Source of the DNA: an uncultured SAR86 cluster bacterium
GTDB taxonomy: Bacteria > Pseudomonadota > Gammaproteobacteria > Magnimaribacterales > D2472
Assembly (NCBI GenBank): GCA_902594005.1
Contig: CACJKN010000001.1
Location: 17,700-81,699, forward strand
Length of the DNA stretch: 64,000 nucleotides
Reading direction: 5' to 3'
Below the pieces are notes generated by a model, which ran no database searches, was not told where the DNA came from, and was given only the letters and a program-made list of their open reading frames with translations. Below, piece after piece: positions 58,585 to 64,000 of the stretch (position 1 is its first letter; every line of letters begins with the position of its first letter). The translations under genes and the position numbers were made by a program.

Positions 58585-59802
58585 TTAAAATGTTTCTATA
58601 TTTATCTCTTTAAGAGGAGATATCTCTCCTTTAAAGTCATCTTTGTTTGTATTGGTTGGGTCAGAAAATCCGAGCATATATTTAATTGGCTTAATTGTAA
58701 GAAAGCTTGCATCCTCCTCAACAACAACAAGCTTCTCATCTTCTGGTTGACCAAATATTATTTGTGGCAGAGGAACAATGCCATCCCAGAAGATATCTGG
58801 CATTTTTCCACCACTGATTTCATACAATGCTTTTGCTAAGTCACCTGTCTCAATATCGGGATCAAAGCCACTTGGTCCATAAGTATTTCCATGAACCTGA
58901 ATATTTTTTGGGTGGGGATAATAGTTGGAATCATCTGTCTCATCACCATAAGAAACAATTGATAGGTTTACAGTTCCATTACCGCTCATAAGATTATTAA
59001 AAATTTCAACATCTGAATTTGCCATGATAATAATTCCTGTCCCTCTTGGAACCTCGCCAACAATATTTCCTTCGGGTGCAAAATTATCTGTATCGTTATC
59101 AATAGATTTATTATCAAAGACTCTTATGTGATGCCCACCTTGTTGGGGCAGGTCTGGCAAGTCAAAAACTAAGATGCCGCCAGTGTTGTGGGAAGCTATA
59201 TTGTTATATACATCTGCATAATATGAATTTTCAATCTCAATACCTGCTACGTTATATTGGGCAATGCTGTTTCTAACAATTATATTTTTTGATTGGCCTA
59301 CATATATACCAGCATCTGAAGCTCCAATTGCAACACAACCATCAATTAGAACATCCTCTGATTCAACCGGATAAAACCCATAAGCTCCATTTGTGCTTTT
59401 AGGTCCACCAGTCCATTCAGTTTTAAGGTTTATCATGTTAATGCCTTTAGCCCCTATTACTTTTAGAGCATCTCCTTTTGCATCGAGTATTGAAAAATCC
59501 CTGAGGGTAACTCTGTCTGACGTAACGAGTAAGCCTTGAGCACCAGATTGTTGATTTTTAAAATCTAAAATTGTGTTGACGATACCCTCACCTTTTACAA
59601 TAACGCCATTTACATCAAGAGATAATCCGTCTTCAAGCTCATAATAGCCACTTCTGATTGTTAAAGTGTCGCCCTCTTCCATTAGAATCAATGCTTCCTG
59701 CAGTCTTTCTTGAGCATTGGGGCCTGGCTCTATATAAACGTCTTTTGCATAAAGGTTAAGAGCAAATAATAAAGGAATAGAAAAGAAGAGAACTCTTTTC
59801 AT
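58585..59802 (-). CDS. Parallel beta-helix repeat protein (the type usually paired with the SO2930-family cytochrome)
   Basis: NGAYGFYPV, GASDAGIYVGQS, NVAGIEIENS, NTGGILVFDLP, NFAPEGNIV. Start placed at MKRVLFF (signal peptide). Confidence 0.85.
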   Translation of the reverse strand: MKRVLFFSIPLLFALNLYAKDVYIEPGPNAQERLQEALILMEEGDTLTIRSGYYELEDGLSLDVNGVIVKGEGIVNTILDFKNQQSGAQGLLVTSDRVTLRDFSILDAKGDALKVIGAKGINMINLKTEWTGGPKSTNGAYGFYPVESEDVLIDGCVAIGASDAGIYVGQSKNIIVRNSIAQYNVAGIEIENSYYADVYNNIASHNTGGILVFDLPDLPQQGGHHIRVFDNKSIDNDTDNFAPEGNIVGEVPRGTGIIIMANSDVEIFNNLMSGNGTVNLSIVSYGDETDDSNYYPHPKNIQVHGNTYGPSGFDPDIETGDLAKALYEISGGKMPDIFWDGIVPLPQIIFGQPEDEKLVVVEEDASFLTIKPIKYMLGFSDPTNTNKDDFKGEISPLKEINIETF

Positions 59803-59815
59803 GTTTTTCAAATTT

Positions 59816-59863
59816 TTACTTTGAGCAGCAGGAGCACTCGCAGCAATCGCAACAATCACACAT
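59816..59863 (-). CDS. Cysteine-rich leaderless micro-ORF MCDCCDCCECSCCSK (15 aa)
   Basis: ATG TGT GAT TGT TGC GAT TGC TGC GAG TGC TCC TGC TGC TCA AAG TAA. TATAAT lies 6 nt upstream of the ATG; the stop is 13 nt before the next ATG. Confidence 0.7.
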   Translation of the reverse strand: MCDCCDCCECSCCSK

Positions 59864-59869
59864 GGTTGA

Positions 59870-59875
59870 ATTATA
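59870..59875 (-). promoter_or_regulatory. -10 hexamer TATAAT positioned for a leaderless transcript starting at the poly-Cys ORF
   Basis: Minus strand TATAAT-TCAACC-ATG; weak TTCAAT 17 nt upstream. Confidence 0.55.
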
Positions 59876-59886
59876 TACTAACTTGG

Positions 59887-60420
59887 TTATGTATTGAACG
59901 CTTCTCTTTTGCTTGTGATCAAATAGTAAATAACAGATAAGATAAGGGCTGATAACATAACTTGTGGGCCTATTAGCTCGAACAAAGTAAAGGTACATGC
60001 TCCTAAAATAAATAAATAACCTATTTCTTTTTTGCTTCCAATTAAGCCCTGTCTAAGCGCAGCCTTAAAAATAAAATAATTTACAGGCAAATATAGCAAA
60101 ACTCCTGTTATGGCTCCCGGGCTAAAATCTAAGAAGTAGAAACTGAAAAAAACATGAAAGAAAGCATTAACTATCTGCGTGGTCATCAAAAAAAATAGAA
60201 TAATATGTGCGCTCGGCTTATTTCTCTTAATAGAGTGCAAAAAAATCATTATCAACAAGACTGTTAAAAGCCTTATAAGGACTTCTTCTGTTGATAAAGG
60301 ATTGTTATCTAGAAAGTATGAAAGCCGCCATTGTCTGAAATTAAAAATTATATGTTCTTCAAAATGATGAATCACATATACAAGAGGGCTTAATATTATA
60401 AGGTTTTTAAATTCTTTTAT
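59887..60420 (-). CDS. HXXEE-domain membrane protein (probable ATA start at 60420)
   Basis: HHFEEH motif, NAFFH, FSPG. The frame extends upstream of GTG 60375 as (I)KEFKNLIILSPLVYV, the expected first TM helix. Confidence 0.75.
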   Translation of the reverse strand: MKEFKNLIILSPLVYVIHHFEEHIIFNFRQWRLSYFLDNNPLSTEEVLIRLLTVLLIMIFLHSIKRNKPSAHIILFFLMTTQIVNAFFHVFFSFYFLDFSPGAITGVLLYLPVNYFIFKAALRQGLIGSKKEIGYLFILGACTFTLFELIGPQVMLSALILSVIYYLITSKREAFNT

Positions 60421-60854
60421 TGATCTTTTCTCTTAAAATAAAGCTTCATTGATCGGCCATCTTCTTCAGAAGGCGTTTCCCAAACTAGAAACCCATTTTC
60501 AATACTTATCGGCAAGGGTTCTGAATTGTTATTGTCACAAGTGAAGGTGCCAGCACTTGGGTTGATTGAACACATGGTTTTTTCACCAAAAGCTTCTATC
60601 TCGACTTTGTTGTCTACAATGTCTAAGATAGGGATCATGTTTGCGATCATTCCACACATTGCGGAGCCCATTCCCATAGCAAGAGCAGCACCAAATGGAT
60701 TTTCATCCAAATCATCTGTCACATCTGCCATCATTGTGCTTTGGCATGACTGAGTCGTTAGCTCATTATCAATAACCCAAAGCCCCTCATAAGGAGAACT
60801 GTTTGAGCAGCCAAGAATTGAAAAGCTTATTATGATTGCTAATATTTTTTTCAT
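60417..60854 (-). CDS. Hypothetical lipoprotein
   Basis: MKKILAIIISFSILGC lipobox; YEGLW lipocalin-like start. Confidence 0.65.
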   Translation of the reverse strand: MKKILAIIISFSILGCSNSSPYEGLWVIDNELTTQSCQSTMMADVTDDLDENPFGAALAMGMGSAMCGMIANMIPILDIVDNKVEIEAFGEKTMCSINPSAGTFTCDNNNSEPLPISIENGFLVWETPSEEDGRSMKLYFKRKDQ

Positions 60855-60922
60855 TTTGTGACTATAACTAATTTTTGCTGAAAATTCACTTCAGTCTTTA
60901 GAAGCAAAGCTTTAATTGAATT

Positions 60923-61375
60923 TCAATCAGCTTTTATGGTCTGGGCACCAACATCTGCAGCAATAGAGTTTGGAACAAGCATAGTTAAAGCATAGTGAGT
61001 TATTTTCCATTCTCCGCTTATTAGATGAACAACGCCCGTGCCTCTGCAATGTCCCAACTTTTCATTAAAAAGTATTTCATCAAACCAACGAATATCGCCG
61101 CCTCCTTCCCAATTGCGCTCGATGACTTCGTAAGTCCAGCCGTGTCCATCTGCAAAGGCTGGTTTAGCGTAGGATTTAAATTCTTGTATATTCCAGCGTT
61201 CGGTTTTGTCTGTACCTAAAAACACAGCATCTAAACTATAACGATCAAAATATGCCTCAAAATTTCCCTTATGTGCATCTTCGTGGAGACCATCTAACAA
61301 TGCATCGATATTTGTCTGATCTTCTGCATTAGTATTAAAAACTATTAAAAAACTTACTAATATTAATTGTTTCAT
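60923..61375 (-). CDS. NTF2/SnoaL-like family exported protein
   Basis: YF...AVFLGTD..ERW, GWTY, WFDE.L, CRGTGV, WKITHY. Confidence 0.82.
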   Translation of the reverse strand: MKQLILVSFLIVFNTNAEDQTNIDALLDGLHEDAHKGNFEAYFDRYSLDAVFLGTDKTERWNIQEFKSYAKPAFADGHGWTYEVIERNWEGGGDIRWFDEILFNEKLGHCRGTGVVHLISGEWKITHYALTMLVPNSIAADVGAQTIKAD

Positions 61376-61382
61376 TTTCTGT

Positions 61383-61670
61383 TTAAGTTATTAATTTAGG
61401 TATTATCCCCAATTGGGAAAGGATGCCAAAAATAATTAATAATATAATGCTAGCGGGTATTTGAAGATTTTTCTTTTCCACCCAATCAAATGAGTATTCT
61501 GTTAGTTTTCTTATCCATTTATCAGCTTTATCCATTAACTTTATAGCTTTTCTTGTCCATTTGTCGGTCGCATCAATTAGTAGCAGAGAAAGTACAGCGA
61601 TGATAAGCCAGATAAACCCATTTAAGATCATGTCTATAATCCAACCAACTGCTATCCAATTCATTTCCAT
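61383..61670 (-). CDS. Hypothetical 2-TM membrane protein
   Basis: Two hydrophobic helices separated by a basic amphipathic segment. Confidence 0.55.
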   Translation of the reverse strand: MEMNWIAVGWIIDMILNGFIWLIIAVLSLLLIDATDKWTRKAIKLMDKADKWIRKLTEYSFDWVEKKNLQIPASIILLIIFGILSQLGIIPKLIT

Positions 61671-61754
61671 TATCAGATTATGGCATAAGTTAAAATAACT
61701 GAATGTTAAATCTATTCGACGGTGACGGATTGTTTTCGTCGTGTCGTGATCATG

Positions 61755-62453
61755 CTAACGCTCGTAACCCATTGCATCGAACTCGATCCTGCAGTTCTTA
61801 TATATTTGGTCCTTTACTTTCTGCGACAACAGCTCGGATGCAGGCCTTCTGTTAGTTCGGAATTTGTGTTTGGTTTGTGGATAGTGCGCGACAATATCAA
61901 ATTCAAGCCTGTCGCCGAGAGTTGTGAGGTCTTCCTGCATATTGTCAAAATTGACAATGAAATCGACAATAGGTTTTTCACCGTCTGAATAGGTTGGGTA
62001 ATTGACGTAATACTTCTTCTTCAGAACACGCTCAAGCTCCTTGTCAAAACTCCAGTTCTTTTTTCCGCGCGCATGATAATAGATATGTGATACAACCTTT
62101 TCGTACGGATGCCTTTCGATCGAAAAAGTGAAGTAATCATCGTAAGTTTTTTTGCCGACGTACTCGCGAATCGCAACAGCCGGCATATGATTGAAAAACT
62201 TGCCACGGCGTCTGGCGCGTAAAAATTTCATCTTGCGTGCCTTTATCATATCGCGATATCGCTGCTCTCCAAGACCACCGTAGTTCTGAGGTAACGTGCC
62301 GCCCATGTCCAGCCTGACGAGTTCGTCTTCAAACGATATCGGAGTGATGATGTCATCGGGACCACAGACTTGGCTCAGACTAACCTCCATGCTTGTGCCC
62401 GAGGTTTTACGGGTCTTTACGAAAATAAACTTCTTTGCATGGCTAACGATCAT
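61755..62453 (-). CDS. Sulfotransferase family 2 protein
   Basis: MIVSHAKKFIFVKTRKTSGTS (5'-PSB-like), FFNHM, YFTFSIERHPYEKVVS (3'-PB-like). Confidence 0.82.
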   Translation of the reverse strand: MIVSHAKKFIFVKTRKTSGTSMEVSLSQVCGPDDIITPISFEDELVRLDMGGTLPQNYGGLGEQRYRDMIKARKMKFLRARRRGKFFNHMPAVAIREYVGKKTYDDYFTFSIERHPYEKVVSHIYYHARGKKNWSFDKELERVLKKKYYVNYPTYSDGEKPIVDFIVNFDNMQEDLTTLGDRLEFDIVAHYPQTKHKFRTNRRPASELLSQKVKDQIYKNCRIEFDAMGYER

Positions 62454-63246
62454 TGGTTGCTCTGCTGATTCGACTAAGTCCTTTCTTGCGCCGATAGATA
62501 GCTATTTTTCTCGAAGCATCAATGGGTTGCGAAATTCTCTGCCAAAAACGTTTTTTCTCCGGATACCAACTGTTAGATTTATCCGGTAAAACGCCGTCCA
62601 GAACAACTTCCCAATCCGGCGATGATTCGTATCCACAACCGACCAGATCTGGTGTCATTGTGCCGTGGATTGACTGCTGTTGAACGATGCGACCGAGATG
62701 TTTTCGCCAGACACCGACACTGGTCGGCTCAATAGGACGGACGCCACGCATTGCAACCTTTGACTTTTCAGACACTTGCGCGTGTTCATGGTACTCAGAA
62801 AATTTGTGTTGTTTCTCAAGCCATGGAAATTTTGCAGTGATTTGGCTTTGTGTGGCGTCAGGGTTATTTACGAAATCCTCGTACCGGATATTGAGAAAAC
62901 GATCGTGGCCGAACAATGGGCGTGCACAGGCATGCAATTCACGCCAAAGCCTAATGTTCGAGTAGTACATATCCTTGCTCTTACCGTGCCGGCTAACGAT
63001 GACATCACGCGGATCGCGCGTTACGTAAATGACATAGAGATTAGGATCGTCGATGACTCCTGGCATGTACAACGTATCTTTGGGTCGTTTCGTGATAACC
63101 ACATCGTTGTTTTTTGCGGTTACGAGGTGAAAGCGAATCTCATGGTCATAATGCTTGTTTGTCCGAAAACAGGTGACCATCGCCTCGTGCAAGAGAGTAG
63201 TACCGGATCGCGGCGAGCAGGCAACAATGTGAATGTGCTTAAATAT
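62443..63246 (-). CDS. Sulfotransferase-like P-loop protein (probable ATA start at 63246)
   Basis: (I)FKHIHIVACSPRSGTTLL PAPS-binding motif upstream of the track start; RDPRDVIVS, IRYEDFV. Confidence 0.8.
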   Translation of the reverse strand: MFKHIHIVACSPRSGTTLLHEAMVTCFRTNKHYDHEIRFHLVTAKNNDVVITKRPKDTLYMPGVIDDPNLYVIYVTRDPRDVIVSRHGKSKDMYYSNIRLWRELHACARPLFGHDRFLNIRYEDFVNNPDATQSQITAKFPWLEKQHKFSEYHEHAQVSEKSKVAMRGVRPIEPTSVGVWRKHLGRIVQQQSIHGTMTPDLVGCGYESSPDWEVVLDGVLPDKSNSWYPEKKRFWQRISQPIDASRKIAIYRRKKGLSRISRATNDR

Positions 63247-63403
63247 ACGTCAACTCCCTAGTGCGCCGTAACAGAGTGGAATTAACCCGACCCTCATTTG
63301 TATTCATTTTTATTCATTCAACAGTAACGGAGTAAGGTGAACCGATCTTCCATTCATCACTTTTTCTGCGGTGTTTTAAAGAATCTATATTTGATTGCAT
63401 ATC

Positions 63404-63631
63404 TTACCCGTCAGCCCCAAAGAAACCATCACCATCGTCACTATCATCACTTGATTCACCCTCTTCATCTATTCTATTTTCAATATCTCTGTCGTCTTGA
63501 AAGATATTAGTGGCGATTATGGTTGTTATTGCTAGCATTGGCATGGTGTAAACCATGGCATTAGTCATAATTGCAATTGCATATGTTGGTATCGCAATTA
63601 TTAAAACTTTTTTTATAAGATTTTTTTTCAT
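63404..63631 (-). CDS. Small membrane protein with acidic C-terminal tail
   Basis: Two short hydrophobic helices followed by DEEGESSDDSDDGDG. Confidence 0.6.
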   Translation of the reverse strand: MKKNLIKKVLIIAIPTYAIAIMTNAMVYTMPMLAITTIIATNIFQDDRDIENRIDEEGESSDDSDDGDGFFGADG

Positions 63632-63637
63632 ACTTTA

Positions 63638-64000
63638 TTATAAATTCTTAATTTCAGAATGATGTATTAATTTTATATCATTTGCTTCAGCAAGTTTTTT
63701 TGCACTATTAGTGAAACCTGCATTTGATATCACCACTCCAATATTTGCTCCATAATATCCCATTCCAGCAACCACTTCTTGAACTGCGCTATTACCTACA
63801 GGTTTTTGATATTTTTTGCATTGTCCAACAAGATAATCATTGCCCTTCTTGGCAATTACATCAACTCCTTGATCCGATGAACCAGATGTTGCATTTGCTT
63901 CATCCCAACCACACTTTAAAAACTGATTTGCGCAGTAGTGTTCATAGTCATATGGATCCATGTCTTCAGTGAAATCTTCAGATAAAGAATACCCCTCTAT
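63638..64000 (-). CDS. Mrr-like (type IV) restriction endonuclease catalytic domain, truncated by window end
   Basis: YE...SSDQGVDVIA...QCKKY...VGNSAVQE...GFTNSA. The frame stays open to the window edge (IEGYSLSEDFTEDMDP). Confidence 0.82.
   Translation of the reverse strand: MEGYSLSEDFTEDMDPYDYEHYCANQFLKCGWDEANATSGSSDQGVDVIAKKGNDYLVGQCKKYQKPVGNSAVQEVVAGMGYYGANIGVVISNAGFTNSAKKLAEANDIKLIHHSEIKNL

Larger units (their letters stand above)
61710..63385. other. High-GC, CpG-rich islet carrying two sulfotransferase-family genes
   Basis: Hand count: 31/60 G+C at 62581-62640 vs 17/60 at 61501-61560; abrupt transitions near 61715 and about 63350. Confidence 0.8.

Noticed and set aside
59803-59998. 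Track ORFs 59816..59998 (60 aa) and the N-terminal extension MIVAIAASAPAAQSKNLKN of the beta-helix protein
   Set aside because: The 60-aa ORF overlaps the HXXEE gene out of frame, and the extension precedes a normal signal peptide. Both are better explained by the 15-aa Cys ORF.
1785-61219. Numerous 60-115 aa antisense or alternate-frame ORFs in the track
   Set aside because: They lie wholly within well-supported genes and lack motifs or initiation signals.
62776-63261. 161-aa plus-strand ORF and other overlapping ORFs in the islet
   Set aside because: Antisense to the sulfotransferase; long shadow ORFs are expected at higher GC, and there are no motifs.

Overview
AT-rich, extremely gene-dense bacterial chromosome segment. 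Gene content and order point to a streamlined marine gammaproteobacterium, SAR86-like (inference). About 1-30 kb is mostly core: lgt-thyA, a six-gene TonB/ExbBD cluster, efp-argS-SPOR-yggS-yggT-metX-metW-rdgB, rpoH-thiS-thiG-trmB, uvrD-dctP-lipB-lipA. About 30-64 kb is accessory: lipid/peptide hydrolases and oxidoreductases, a purine-uptake locus, small membrane genes, a beta-helix/diheme cytochrome pair, a high-GC two-sulfotransferase islet and an Mrr-like nuclease cut by the window edge. I found no rRNA, tRNA, CRISPR array or transposase. The best signals outside the ORF track are: (1) two tandem glnA-type (glutamine-I) riboswitch aptamers with mutual compensatory base changes, upstream of a TonB-dependent receptor flanked by a purine phosphoribosyltransferase and an AzgA-type purine permease; (2) a leaderless 15-codon ORF, MCDCCDCCECSCCSK, directly in front of the beta-helix/diheme cytochrome operon; (3) a MerR-style promoter (19-bp spacer plus dyad) before two unannotated small membrane ORFs; (4) T4/cyanophage-like thyA and mazG genes; (5) probable ATA start codons. 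Family calls come from recognising motifs by eye; no database searches were run.
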